NCBI GenBank assembly: GCA_964016885.1
Contig: OZ024747.1
Coordinates: 83,080,001-83,144,000 of the forward strand
DNA from: Eledone cirrhosa
Taxonomy: Eukaryota
DNA length: 64,000 nt
Direction: 5' to 3'
In this document: positions 27,301-41,930 of the stretch, piece by piece
Layout of the letters: every line of letters begins with the position of its first letter
Position numbering within the stretch: the first letter of the stretch is position 1
Position numbers and translations under genes: made by a program
The notes under the pieces: generated by a model
The model's database searches: none
Seen by the model: the letters and a program-made list of their open reading frames with translations, nothing else
What the model was told of the DNA's origin: nothing

Positions 27301-30300
27301 AACAGTAGTTTTATTAAATACTATTTTATGTGGATATTATCATCTTACTCAAAATAAGAATATTAGTTTGTGCACTGTATATATAATTTCATTTTTTAAA
27401 AAAAAGTTTACAGAACTTCTTAGATTCTTAATTGTACAAAATATCGCATTTTTTCCCTTCAAAATACACTAAATTTCTGTCTCTAGTTTGTATTTTTACC
27501 CAACTTTAACTTTTATGGCAAACAGTTCCAATCAGTTTTATTTTATGGCCTTGTGTTTTTGTTTGTAAGTTTGCACCAACCATACAGTTTATCTAGGACA
27601 AGATTAACGCTTTTGATAACAAGCTGTCTCTGGTTCTCCAATACAAACTGCTTTAATTTGTTTATATTTATCTAAAGTCATTCCATTAGAAATTGATGTA
27701 ATACCATTAAGTTAGACTGTAAATATCAACTTAATGAAAAAGTTATATTACTGCATCCCTGAAAATTCTTCATTTTCTGAATGACTTGAAAATGATAGGC
27801 ATTTTTTTGTTTTAGAAATATGGGTAATAAAAGGGTTAAGAGAAATGAAGTACATTTCATGGGGTTTATGAGATCTTTGTGCTTAGTAAAACAAAGTATT
27901 ATAAAATTAGTGTGGTTAATTATGTCTAATGCTTCAGAACTAATAATATCCAAACATATTCCATCAATTAAATTAGTTTTTCTTTCTATTTTATTCCTCC
28001 CCCTCTCTGCTCTGCCTTCTTTTATGTAACTAAACTACATTTGGCTGGAACTATAATCTTTAGACAGGAGGTTGAGAGACATGTCAGTTGTTTGCTATTT
28101 ATTTTAGATTTTATCTTGTGATAATTCATTTGCCTTTTGTAATGCTTTGTTGCCTGATATTTCTAGTATTGTTATATATTATAATGCTTTCCTTTATAGC
28201 TGATCAGAATGTGGTTGAGTTAGATCAGGGAATTTATTTTAAAGTTATAAGTAGTAGTTTATTAGTATTTTTATTGTTTGTGTGATATTTCTAGCAATGC
28301 TGCTAGAAATTAGATTAAATCAGAGGGTTTAAGTTAGTATTACTTGATTATATTAAAATGTTACATTCAGTTATCTCTATTGTGAGCTGTGTTTAATTTT
28401 TCCTTTTTTAACATTATTATTTTTACGTCTCTTCCATGTTCACATGAGTTAGACGAGTCTTCAAATGCAACATAGCCACTTGTTTCATTCCTTTGTCATC
28501 TCTGTTGTGATGTTAAATTTCTTTAGATCAGCTTTTACCTCCTTTGCCCTTTTCTTTCTTGGTTTTCCTCTTCCGCAGCTTTCTTCTTTAACTTGAAACT
28601 CTTAACACTTTACCCAATTATCGTCACATCCATGTCTACCCCTACCGTATCCTGCCTAGATTGTTAATTTTCTTCGTCCTAATGTGGGTTTGGGGTTCAG
28701 TCTCACTGACACCTTGGGCAAGTGCATTCAACATCCTCAGGTGGACCAATGCCTTGTGAAACGTGGTAGACTGAAACTGCAGAACCCCATCATATATGTA
28801 TATGTGATAGCTATATGGGCAGGCATCAACTTTAAAACAGTCTAATGACTAAAATCAGTAGAATAAAAAAAGAATATATTATGTAATCGTGCTGTTATTA
28901 AATGACAATAATATATTTATATTGTGTAACCGTGCTGTTATTAATGACAATAATATATTTGTTGTACTTAAGTATTAAATTAAACCACAAACTCAAATAT
29001 GGCAACATGGTTCAATCGTTTCTACATCACATGAGTAGTTTTACCTCTTAGAATCATTGCACAGAATTTCTAAGAGAAAATAAAAAAGAGTTACTTGAAA
29101 GTTTGTATTGTTTTGTAAATGCTGTGTTGGGCTGTTTTAATCATGTCTCTGCTTATCAATTTGGTGGCTGGTTTGTATCCCATTTCTGCTTCAGGTAGGG
29201 TTACCGTTTTAGGGGTTGAACATTTTTAATTAACTCAACAGTAAAATCAAATATATCTGCAAGTTCATATCATTTAAATGTAAAAAATGTGGTTTTCTGT
29301 CATTTTATACATTTGTACACATTGATATTGTCACAATAAAATGTTATCAGTACATTGTAAATTGGTTGAAACCATGCCAGATATGGAATGCATAAATAAA
29401 ATGAGGTCTTTGACCCACCTAGTTTCACGCCATCACAATCTGTCCAAGCCATGCTAGAATAGAAAGCAGATGTAAAATAATATACACACATGCAGTACAT
29501 ACGTATACTGGCGGGCAACTTGTTTTCAGCTATATTATTCTTGTGCTGAACAACTGTTAAATAGTCAAGGAATATAAATATATTGTAAATATTATGAAAA
29601 TACAAAAGGAAAAAATAATTTTAATTTTTAAAATATTTGCTGTTTACCCTTGAGTTTAGTAATATAACTTTCCCATTATTTATTTATCTGGTGTTTTGAA
29701 CATAACTTAAAGGTTCTTCTATGAAATTATGATGCAAGAGTTTTGCATAAAGAAACAATTTGAAACAGTTTTGTATTGTAGAATCAAAGCAGTTTGGTAT
29801 TGGCCAAAACCAGCTCTGATTCTGCAAAACCAATCAACTCATTTAAATTAAATCTTCCAACATAATTATATGGAAAAACCATATGTCAAGCTACTATTTC
29901 AGTAATGAAATAATGTATTTCCTTGGGCACAAAAAGGTTGCTTAACTATGTATATTTTAAGTAGCCATCTGAAAGTAGGTTTAGTGGAGTTGCTCTGACA
30001 TTGCTATAGAGTTAATTCAAAGTGAATTGTTATAGCATAGAAGGTATTATTAACTAGGAAGAGAATTCAGTGTAATATTAGATTGAATAAAGTGAACACT
30101 TCGGGAATACACTTGAATTTCAGGAAATAATATTGTTTACCTGCACAGTTAAAATTAGGTGAAACACTGTTTTCTTTTTTTTTTTTTTTTATTTTTTAAA
30201 GAAGGTGCAGGTATGGCTGCTTCACATCTGCGTGGTTCTGGAGTCAGTCCCACTGTGTGGCAATCTTGGCAAGTGTCTTCTACTAAAGCTTCAAGTTGAC

Positions 30301-30643
30301 CATTGCCTTGTGAGTGAAATTTGGTATACAGAAACCTGAGAAGCTGGGTTTTTTTCTGTGTCTGAGCATGCACATTCATGTCTGTTCACGTTTTCACCCC
30401 ATAACTTAGGAGTTCAATGAAAATAAAAAAAGAGGTGAGAGATGTTGATAAAGCACCACACTTAACTGTACAGTTTTTGACAGATAAGCTGTAAGAAGCA
30501 TAGATTTGATACGGATGGAGTTTCAACAGAATTGTAGGTGGTATTTTAGTTTACAGGAAGAAGAAATTTATATTACTAAATCCCTCCAAATTCTCAATTA
30601 TTTTGAAAATCATAGTATCTTTCATTAAAAAATGTTTACAAAC

Positions 30644-31027
30644 ATCATCATCATCATCATCATTTTACGTCCGCTTTTCCCTGCTTGCAAGGGTGGGACG
30701 GGTCTTATTCAGCACAGCATCTCTCCACTCGTCACGGTCCCTCGTCATCTCCACCGTGAGCTTCAATGATCTGAGGTCTGTTCTCACCACCTCTGCCCAT
30801 GTTTTTCGTGGTCTACCTCTACCACGTCTTCCTTCAACTGGCACTTCTTCACCCATCGGTCATCCTCCATGCGCATCACATGTCCATACCACCTCAGTCT
30901 CCTCTCCCGTACACTACATTCTATCCCTCTCAGACACAGTTTCTCTCTCAACACATTTATGCTGGGTTGTTCACGCACATTTACACTGCACATCCAACGG
31001 AGCATGCTTGCCTCATTTCTTTCATAC
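30644..31027 (-). mobile_element. RTE LINE 3' fragment
   Basis: ERNEASMLRWMC..ERRLRWYGHVMRM..GRPRKTW with frameshift; (GAT)n tail. Confidence 0.85.
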
Positions 31028-32412
31028 ACTGACCATCATTCTAATAGGAAAAAATTGAACCTACTGGCAATTATACTATAATCAAATGTTCAAAGTATAC
31101 AGGAAATTCAAATCCAAAGATAACTTGTATACACAAGTTATCTTTAAAAATGAAGAGAAAGGATATCCTCTTCTAACAATAAAACACCCATCAGGGATGT
31201 TGATTTACTAAACCAAATTGTGCCTTGTTAAATCGAATATGTTCTAATTTGATCTCACGGGTTAATGATTATTTTTAATATTTGCGTTCTCTGAAAATAC
31301 TGAAATGATCAAAGAAATGATGCCCTTGCAGTATTTGTGTGTGTGTGTATGCATGTCTTAAGAAGCAACTAAAATGGTAGGCATTTGGGGTGGCATTCAG
31401 CCATAACACATTGCCTTGAAAAGTATCTTGTTCAATCCATGCAGTATATAAAACACCTGATCATATAACATATTTGGTTCATATCTGTCATGGAAGTTGT
31501 AATGTTCACGTGTGTCAGTGAGCCGGATGTGCCAGCAATATTATGATGGAAATAAATAGAGTTAAAAAGCAAAAAATGTCAATGGAAACAAACATTTGAA
31601 TGTTTGTTTTTGCTGTCCATATATATTTATACAGGTATATATATGAGTTTATTTTTGCTATCCATATAATATATACATACACATCACACACTGTAAATGT
31701 GGTTGGCGTTAGGAAGGGCATCTAGGCGTAGAAAACCAGCCAGAAACTCTGCGGGCGAGACACATCTAACCCATGCTAGCGTGGAAGATAGACGTTAATT
31801 GATGATGATGATGATGATGATATACATATATTTGCATGTGTGTATTGAAATATGGGAATTGTGTATAATATTGATGTATACTGAATTTGCTTTTGTTCTA
31901 TATAAAACAAAGTAGAGCTGAACACATCTTTGTTTAAATTGAACTGGTAACTGGACTGCTGTGACTAATCTAACCACTTACTAAAGTTGACCTGTCAACT
32001 ATGGTTAATGTTTGTCATTTGGTGTTTATTTAGTAGACATCTGTGTAGAATATGTAGCCTTGTTTTCAAATATTGTATTTCTTCTCTGCAGAATTTTAGC
32101 TCTGCGTAAAGATCAGGAAATTAATTTTTAGTATAGTATGCTTGTCTTAATACTGGTTCAAGACTTTTTTTCCCTCCCAAGGGCACCTTTTATTTAAATG
32201 AATTGACTCTCCATAATACACACAAACTATTACAAATACTCCCCTCCTAGATTGTTGAATACCGAGAATAGTTAGAGAAGAATTGATACCCAATAGTGTG
32301 CGTATATTTTGTTTATAACAAAGTACTTAAAATGTTGAACTTACTTCACAGACCCCCGTAGCACTACTTTTGTAGGTTCCTGGTGGGGGGGGGGGGGCTG
32401 TTGATTTGCTTT

Positions 32413-32614
32413 TTAACCCTTTGCATTCACATTATTCTATATATATACTATTATATTTTCATGGTAAAGGCTTTACCTCACATAATATCGAATCTATGTG
32501 ATTTCGAAAGTATTTATTTTGATATACCTTAACATCAGTTTGAGCGACCAGTTACAGCCATTTTCAACAGAAAGAGGTAGAGAATTCTGGCCGGTTTGAA
32601 CATTAAAGGGTTAA
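32413..32614. mobile_element. piggyBac-type MITE
   Basis: TTAA-CCCTTT...AAAGGG-TTAA termini; similar copy at 34328-34487; right end matches the piggyBac terminus at ~37395-37429. Confidence 0.7.
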
Positions 32615-32883
32615 CCCTTTCATTACCTTGTTTCTAATGAAATGCATTATATTTCAAATTTGAAGTGCGTGCATCTGAATGCAAACGACCATAATAATAG
32701 TCAACCTCTATAAATAATGCTTGAGAAAATCAAGTAAATTACTCCTTGAAAAATAAAAGGTGAAGAGAGGAACCTGCAAAGAATCAAAACCCACATCTTT
32801 TAAAGCATTCCTATTTAAAATAGACATCCCAACATAACTTTATATAAGAACCAGATATGTTACAAATAGTATCTAGTAAATCC

Positions 32884-32914
<31 letters not shown>

Positions 32915-33934
32915 CTAACAATCTATTTGTGTGAACTACTTTTTTTTTCTTTTTTTTTTTTTTTGAGACTCTAGTTTGAGTCAAAGCTTTCCTCATTCCG
33001 TCTCTCTTCCCCCTCCCTCATCTGACTTGTCAGGTGGTCTAATCCTAAAGGGATATTTGCACTCTAAATCTCACTTGTTCACTCCTCAAATGATTACTAC
33101 TACTAAATCAAACTCCCACTCACAGTACATGTAATTGGCTTCTGAACCTAAAAATAAGTAATTATCTAGACAGATATTTAATTATCAATATAAATTTATG
33201 AAATTACTTGAATGTTGAATTAGTATTCAGTATAAGCTACCAGTGTTTCAGGGACAATGAATGTTTGGTTTCTTCACCAAACTTTAACAATGTACTGGGT
33301 GTATTTTATAGTGGCATCAACACTGACTTTTTCTTTTATGAGATAGCCATGATTGATTGACTTGTTGTAACTTAGACTTGTCTTTGTCTTGGTGAAAAAT
33401 AAAAGGTTTAATCCTTATGCTATTTGAATTAATATTCAATCATAACTGATTGGCAGGTCACTTTGTGAGACATCCTGGAAATGGCCTCAAACCTATTGCA
33501 TACATATCTTAACATAACTTTCATTCACTATACACATCACATGTCTAAACCAGCTTAGTCTTCTCTCTTGCATGCTATATTTAATTTCCCTCTTTTGTGC
33601 TCAATTATTCATGCATGTTAACATTGTACTTCATACAATCTACCCTTTATTCAGAAGGAGAATCAATTGCAGTAATAGCTCCCTAAACTTTTAAAACCCT
33701 GGTTATTAGTAAAAAAAAAAGAAGTAGGCACTCCAAATTTGCTGTAAACTAAATTAAGGCTTTATTTTTAAATGTGATGCGGTCACGATGCTCTTCTCAA
33801 GAATGTCTTGCTAATAATGCAATTTAAGGTGGTACAGGACATTTAGTTGAAAATACATTCCTTTTATTTTGTGTATTTATTTTTATTCATTTCTATTTGC
33901 AGGTTTTGTATATAAGTGTTGTATATAAGTGTGT

Positions 33935-34054
33935 ATGATGAATACAGCCCTGAGCACTTCGCGTGCCAACAGTAGGAATAGCAAAGATAAGTCAGCTAAA
34001 ACTGCAACACAGGCACATAACACAATGAAAATTGATGGCCCCACCAAAGTACAA
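33935..34054 (+). CDS. lig: UBAP2/UBAP2L (lingerer)-like, first coding exon (exon starts 33903)
   Basis: Acceptor ttgcag at 33902; ATGATG; MMNTALSTSR..GPTKVQ, 120 nt; donor GTAAGT, phase 0. Confidence 0.8.
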
Positions 34055-34327
34055 GTAAGTTTTTTTTTTTTTGTTTTGTTTTATATTTTTGTTTCATATG
34101 AAGATTGTTTTTAAAATGTCACAAATGGAAAAAACAGCATTGTGCTGGCATGGGTTTAATCTTTTGAGGCAATGTTTTACAGCTGGGTGCCCTTCATGAT
34201 ACCAACCCTTTCAGTTACAATACGCAAGAGTATGGTGTACCAATTACAAAAAAAATGTTTTTGTGCTCCTTAATTTAATCCATTTTCAACTCCTTTTAGG
34301 ATTCTAGGGAGGTTGTCATGACCTGCA

Positions 34328-34487
34328 TTAACTCTTTTTGCCATTTTCATTACTCTATATTTACTATTATATTTTTATGGTAAAGGCTTTACTTCACATA
34401 ATATCAAATCTATGAGCTTTTGATATTATTTTGAGAACGATACCTTAACATCAATATGAGCGGCTGGTTTGAATGCTAAAGGGTTAA
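34328..34487. mobile_element. piggyBac-type MITE (second copy)
   Basis: Aligns by eye with 32413-32614; TTAA ends. Confidence 0.65.
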
Positions 34488-35740
34488 GAATATCTTTGGG
34501 ATTTGGTTTTACAAATTGAGTTTGGATTAAAAAAGATTTAACACTTAACATCCTCTACCACATTAGCAAAATTAAAGCCTTTCTCTTAATACTGCAAATG
34601 TTCACACTAATATGTCCACTAGTAAAAGTACTACAGATGTTTGGATTGACAATTTTATTTTAGATATTCTCTGCTAAATCATTACAAGATGTTAAAGTTA
34701 AATTTACTCTTTCGTCACCATATTTCTAATAAATGACACCTGCCAAACGAGGTGTGGGTTTGACTTTTGTGTGCTGATAGCCATCTTTTTCCATTCAGTG
34801 GGTATATATGCCCCATTATTAGACTATTTTATTTAGTCAAACATTTAAAGTGAAGGCCCCTATTTCAATTTTCACACTACCTGTGATTTCTTTTATTATT
34901 AATTTGGAAAATAAGAATTTGGAGGCATTTTGTAATGGAGTATACTCTCCCATGATTTCAGCTGGTGTTTGGAATATAACTGAAGAAAATGTTCTTAAAA
35001 TTATGATAGAATGCTTATATTTGAATATAAACACTTTTAAATGTCACCTAGAACCATGAGCAATTTCAGACATTGGTATCAGAAGGGTTAAAACAAACAT
35101 TATTATTGTTAGTTAGAGTAACCCTTTCTTGATCATATTTCTAATGAAATACACTCTTTCAATTGATTTTTGAGGGATTGACTAAAATTGTTTCTTTACT
35201 AACATTTAGTTCTTATATAAAATTATGCTGGAAGAATTTATATAGGAAATTTTTTGAAATGGGTGGTTTTATTTCATAATCAAATCCAGTTGTTATCAAA
35301 AGGGTTAACCTAATGTTAGAAACAACAAAATTTATTTACATAAAATTATGATGAAAGGTTTAACTCTGAATATAAACAGTTAAACATAAATGCTTTGTAT
35401 CCTCAATGTTGACTTAAATTATATTAATCTATTTAATTAAATTTGGTACTGTCCCAAGTGCATATGACAGTAATATAAAATTAGGTCAGTCCTGGCATAT
35501 ATGAGTGAGCCTGATATTTTAGTGTAGAAGCATGTGTAGTTTGGATATGTTTTTTTACTTGAACCTTTTTCCTTTTGTCATTTATTTTCATTTGAAACTA
35601 CTTTAAACGTTTTCTTACCCTATATCTAATAAAATACAGACTGCCTCAATTAATTTTCAAAACAATTCAAAAACATTTGTTGTTACAGTTCACATCTTTA
35701 TAGGTTTAGCTGACTCCTACAAGATTGCATCTCATATTAA

Positions 35741-35795
35741 TCCGGTAGCATATGAATCCACATCTCATGCTGATGTGGATTCATATGCTACCGGA
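35741..35795. repeat. Perfect 24-bp-arm hairpin
   Basis: tccggtagcatatgaatccacatc-tcatgct-gatgtggattcatatgctaccgga. Confidence 0.9.
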
Positions 35796-36715
35796 CATTA
35801 GCTCTTAGTGTCCTGTACTGCATGAAACAGCATTAGCAAGACAACAGTACTATCACTGAATATTTTGTTTGCTGCAAATTTTCACAAGAATCTGTCCACT
35901 AATTCCACTAATAAAGATGTTAACATTTGAGTTAACCAACCCATTTTAGGATATTTTCTACTAAATTATTACAGGGTATTAAGAATATTTCTTTATGCAT
36001 ATTTCCTTTAAACCCTTTCATTAACATTTTTCTAATGAAAGACACAGCCTATGATTTTCAAATAATTTTGTAAATAGTCAAAGATTTCAACAGATTTGGT
36101 AAAATAACAAATTTTCTAATTAAGCTGGTGTGTGGAACATAACTTACCAGATTCTTAAAGAAAATTGATGGAAAGTTTGAGATAAATATAAACAGATTAA
36201 AATGAACAGTTTTGAATTGTAGAACCAGGAGCAGTTTGATATCAAAAGGATTAAGTTATTTTCCCTAGAATACATTCCTATTAGTATACTATCCTGAACT
36301 TTTTGTGTTGTAAACACAATTTGTATATATTAGTTGTCAAAGAAATTACATTTAAAAATAAAAGAAATAACATTAACCCTTTAGCAGGGTCGATAAAATA
36401 AAGTACCAGTAATACACTGGGATAATTGCTGGCCTTGTGCCAAATGTAGAAACAATTATTTTGAGTTAATCATACTCAAGAGGGTTATCAATTTTATTTG
36501 TTTGTAATTTTCTATGTGCAGGCTTGAAATTTTGTCAGATGTTTAAATATCAATAATTTACAATTATATAATTTTACCTGATTTTTTTTTTATTAAATTT
36601 GACTTTTATGGGCAGGTGAAATTAATTAATATGGGCATTTGAAGTATCAACCAGGTGCAAATACTGTTTTAATTTTAAATACGCTGTTTTCGGCATAATA
36701 CTTGATATAAGATCA

Positions 36716-37429
36716 CTAAACCTTTATATCAGTGCTCAAGTAATTCCACAGTCTTAGAAATTGTTTTATACCGAACATAATATTTACGGTAAAAAATGCT
36801 TGCATTTCCACACCATCTGTTGATCGCCAAACAGATCGGGTTTTCCTTGATTTGAAATCTGTTGTTGGGCATATCTCTTCTGCCACAATTTCGAAGAAAG
36901 TTTGTGGCAAAAACAAAAAGAAATAATCCAGTGCTTTAACATCTGGTCTGTTGTGGACCAGTATTTTGAATAAAATTGGGAACATATATTGGTGCTGTAA
37001 TATTTTCAATGGCGTCCTGGAGATCTCCTTCGTTTTCACTTTCAAAACAACAATCATCGTTGGATGAAATTTCAGAAATGTAAACATCTGATTCATTTGA
37101 AGATAAATCACTAATATTATCTTTTGTTTCTTGTTCATTCTGAATGTCGTCGTGTGTAAAACCTTCAAAGTCGGTATCACTACTTTCCCAAGCCATGTTG
37201 ATATACAAAAAATCTGTTCTACTTCAATGTTAAAAAAACACGTGTCGTTTTAAGTTGTTCCACTATATTGAGTGTTAATTTTCGCAGTAAGAGCCTCATC
37301 TTGAATTGATATGACGGTATTGTTTATTTTTAGAAGGATATTTTAGTGTGGGTGTTATCGGGCGGTTTGAACAAATGAAGGGGAAATAATTGCGGCCGGT
37401 TTGGGACAGTTTGAACACTAAAGGGTTAA
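36716..37429 (-). mobile_element. piggyBac transposon 5' remnant (frameshifted transposase N-terminus)
   Basis: Terminus TTAA-CCCTTTAG; acidic N-terminus MAWESSDTDFEGF..; ALDYFFLFLP..EMQAFF..MFGIKQ..LWNYLST typical of piggyBac/PGBD proteins. Confidence 0.75.
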
Positions 37430-39691
37430 GTGAAAGTGGGGGTAAGGCGCTGCAGACTTTACATCCCAGTCTAGGCTGTATATCTCAGCTGCACCGTTGT
37501 GAGCAAAATGCCGATGGCATCGGCTGGATCAGCCACTCTTTCAGTTCAGAGACTGAAGATCAAAGTCTTGACAGTGGTTGGTCAAGTCCTGGTATTTAAT
37601 TATCTTCCACTCTTCCGTGTTATTGGTGGTGGTGCTCTGGTTTGTGGCTGAAACAAGGATGAAAGCAGAGAGCATGTCACAGTACATGGCATCCCATATT
37701 AGAGATTTACCTCCCATAACCTGGAAGAGGGTTTTCCTGTCGGGGTGCTTACTCATTTTATAAATTCTTTTTCTTGCGATATACAGTAGCAAAGGCTTAG
37801 TGGTTAACCCTTTGGCCTCACAGTCATATGAGTGTGGATTTGATTTCTTGACTGGCCCATTGTGTTCTTGAACGAGATGCTTCATTTCATGTTGCTTTTC
37901 GTGTTAAGACCTTGTCATCAAACTGTCCAAGAAACCTCTTATGAGATGCAACATTGTAGGAGGTCAGCTGTACATGAAAGATGTGTGAGCTGTAAATTTC
38001 ATTTGATTTTCCATTTTCAAATCTTAAAATGGAATTGTTCTGTATTGGTAGGGTTGATGTCTGTTATAGCCAAAATCTGGCTATATATAACATACCTTAA
38101 CAGTCACACAACATAGTTTGTAGAATGTGCACTTTGGATCTGTCAGCTTTCAACAAATACTCAATGGTTAGAGCTACTTCATAACAAGGATTTTGTTTAC
38201 ATAAAAAGAAAGGGGCAAATCATCTCCAAGGGAACTGTTTCTGTTGGTCTTTCTATTGCTGAAAGTAGCTACTGGTCACCACACTCCTAGCAGAAGGGTG
38301 TAAGATTTAAACTGCATCCTGTCTGGCTGAAAGCTGTTGGTGCCAGGAACAGCATCTGGCTGTAAAACTTTGCCTCAAAAAGAGTCGGTCATGAGGCCTA
38401 CAAAATAAATAAAATACTTGTTTGTTGTACATTGTCTCCATTATCAAATCATAATCAGCTTGTCACATTTGCTTTGCAAAAGATTTCACTACAATAAACT
38501 GTATGATGCTTGTTGTATGTGTGGTGCTGAAGACATAATGATGGGTTCTTGACATTTTCTTTACTGATTTAACTGAGATACTGTAAGATTCAGTGCTTAA
38601 AATGTTGGTAAACAACAGCACTGAGAAAATGGCTTTGTTTTGTATGCAGGAGTAGGTTTGAATTATTTATGATTGTCTAGCAAGTATTAATAATGAATAA
38701 GAAAGGAGCAGAATTTGAAATGCATGAAATTAGCTTTGCTAGCAGCTATGAAAGGTTGAGTGGCTTGTTTACAGCAATGAATTCATAATTTTCCTTACCT
38801 AGGTAAACTTATTGCCAGTATAAAACTGACCAGTGTGTGTATATGAATGCTAAGAGAATATTCTGTTTTGGAAAATATGTTGGGTAGTAGTAGGATAAAA
38901 TATTTTGAAAGTGATTCATTTTCATAAATAGAAAGCTGCAATATTGTCAATCTGTACAATTTATGAATGTGCATATGAAAAAAAAAAAAATGTAGTTTAT
39001 ATATGTATATTTATGCATGTTTGTTTACTGTTTATGTCCTGTAAGCTGATATTTAGAACATTGCTTAACAAAAATTTCTAAAATCTGGAGGGTTTTACTA
39101 TAAGGATAAAAATGCTAATATGACTGGTTTTGTATTAGAAATACAGGGCAGTTTCATAATAAAAGGTTTAAAAGTGGTGCTCCACCATGGCCAGGTAACT
39201 GAAACCAGTAAAATAGCAAAAGAATGGTATCTAAACCATCATTCCTGTAATTTTTACATTTGAGCAAGTAATTTTTTTTCCTTCTACTCGAAGCTTACCA
39301 CTAACCATGTGACTATGAACTAGGTATTGTATCAAGTTTCAACTAGGTAGACTGCAATAGGAAGTAATACTATTAGCCTTTTAGATAGCAACTCACTCAA
39401 AACCTGTCCTGGTTTTATGAAACAAAATAATCTATTTTAAATGGTTCCTATTTAAATTAAAATCTTTCAGCATAATTTTATTTAGGAACAATATGTTAAG
39501 TTACCATCTTCATAATGAAATAATCAAATTCTTTGTTAATTGAAAATGCATATTTCATGAGAAATGCAGTCATGGAAGGATTAAGTAGTGACTACCTCTG
39601 TGGGAAAATTAAACAATTTTCTTAAAGTTTATGGATTATATATTCCATAGCTAGTGGTGGATATTGTTTAGACATTAAGGTGAATTGGATA

Positions 39692-40113
39692 TTAACCCTT
39701 TCATTACCATATTTCTATGAAATATGTTGCATATGATTTTCAAATATTTTAAATAATCAAGAATTTGGAAGGATTCAGTAATATAACTTTCTCGTTAGTA
39801 AGCTGATATGTGGAACATAACCTTAATAGGAGTTTGTACATATAATTATTGTTTCTACTATTGGCACAAGGCCAGCAATTACCCAGTACATTACTGGAAC
39901 TTTATTTTATCAACCCCGTAAGGATGAAAGGTAAAGTTAACCTCGGCGGGATTTGAACTCAGAATGGCAAGTGCCGTCAAAGCATGGCGTCCAACCCTCT
40001 ACCGATACTGCCAATTCACCATAGTTATGATAGGTTTTTAGATAAATATAGACATTTTAAAATAAACAGCTTTGTAATATAGAATTAGAGCAGTTTGGTA
40101 TCAAAATGGTTAG
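39692..40113. mobile_element. TTAA-CCCTTT-ended AT-rich MITE with nested tRNA-SINE (~39843-40020, - strand)
   Basis: Family recurs at ~24795-25022, 35101-35309, 36009-36254, 52045-52235, 62322-62566 and 63420-63653. Confidence 0.65.
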
Positions 40114-41107
40114 AAACCCTTTAAAATGGATGGTTTTGTCTCTGAACCAGAAGTGGTTTTGGGCTGGTTATTATCGAAAAGGTCATATATTGGGCATATC
40201 CTCAATATGTTCTTATTTTTCTCTTAATGTTGAATTGATCATAAATGACTAGATTGCTCGTGAAAATTATAAAAGGGAATATCTTTATCGTTTCATTTCA
40301 AATTTTTAAATCTGCAAAAATATGTTTTTGAATAGTTTGTTTATTATCTACTGAACTTTGTTATATTGTTATAGATTAACTTAAATAGACTTATGATTAA
40401 CACTATAACACTTCATATGTGTGAGCTACATTACCAGTATGGGATAGGTACACCATATATCGGAAAGAGCATGTGGCTGTAAAACATTGCCTCAAAAAGT
40501 AGAGTGGTTGGCATTAGGAAGGGCATTCAACTGTAGAAGTCTTGTCAGAAATAGAATGTATGAGTAAGGCATGCCCCCCCCCCCCCCCCCCCAAAAAAAA
40601 ACTTTGGTCTCAAGCTGTGGCAATCCAGTCAACTTATGTCATCATGGAAACTGGATGTAAAATATGTGTTTGATAGGAAGGGCACCCAGCTGTTGATACC
40701 ATTTTAAAACTGGAACGTATGTGAGGCATGGCCTCCAGCCCATCTTGGAGGACATTAGCTTCAATTAAGTACTGATTTTGTCTTTGACAATCGTTGTGTG
40801 CCAGCTTGAAGGACAGTTCATTATATGTGTACTCAAGCATTTCTGTAGTTAAAAAATTCACTTCACAGCTACATGGTTTCAGATTTTTGATTCCAACTGC
40901 ATTCCACCTTTAGCAGGTGTCTTCTACTATATCAGTGGCCAATCAATCCCTTTTGAGTGAAATTGGTAGAAACTGTCAGGAAGACTGTTGTGTATGTGTT
41001 TGTCCATCTCATAGGTAGTATCAGCTTGCAATAGGAGTAGCAACTTGTTGCTGTAAAGCAGCCATTAGAAAATGTTCACCTTCCCAAGAAACATGACCAA
41101 TATGACT

Positions 41108-41280
41108 ATCATCATCATCAACGTTTAACGTCCGTGTTCCACGCTTGCATGGGTTTGGACGGGGGTAGTCCCACTTGAGGCAAGAGTGATTGTCTTGCTC
41201 GCATAGGACTGTCTGGCAGGTTTTCTACAGTTGGATGCCCTTCCTAACACCAACCACATTTACAGTGTGGGTCTGGGAGG
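41108..41280 (-). mobile_element. RTE 3'-end fragment
   Basis: Matches the first ~170 bp of the 13235 copy; truncated at (TA)n. Confidence 0.85.
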
Positions 41281-41805
41281 TATATATATATATAAAGGTT
41301 TACATATATATATATAAAGGTTTATATATATATATATATATATATAAAGGTTTATATATATATATATATATATATAAAGGCTTACATATATATATATATA
41401 TATATAAAGGTTTACATATATATATATATGTAAAGGTTTACATATATATATATATATAAAGTCATATATATATATATAAAGTCATATATATATATATAAA
41501 GTCATATATATATATATATAAAGTCATATATATATATATAAAGTCATATATATATATATATAAAGTCATATATATATATATATAAAGTCATATATATATA
41601 TATATAAAGTCATATATATATATATATAAAGTCATATATATATATATATAAAGTCATATATATATATATATAAAGTCATAAATATATATATAAAGTCATA
41701 AATATATATATAAAGTCATAAATATATATATAAAGTCATATATATATATATATAAAGTCATATATATATATATATATAAAGTCATATATATATATATATA
41801 AAGTC

Positions 41806-41846
<41 letters not shown>

Positions 41847-41870
41847 AAGGTTTATATATATAAATATATA
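41281..41870. repeat. Compound minisatellite: AAAGGTTTAC(AT)n units then AAAGTC(AT)n units
   Basis: Direct tandem units of ~20-26 bp with variable AT length. Confidence 0.9.
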
Positions 41871-41930
41871 TGTTTTGCAACGGGTCACGTTGTGGCTCAA
41901 TGAAGAATTAATAAATTAAATAATCAGAGC

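Noticed and set aside
41455-41810. Regular repeats superficially like a CRISPR array
   Set aside because: No unique spacers, eukaryotic context, no cas genes
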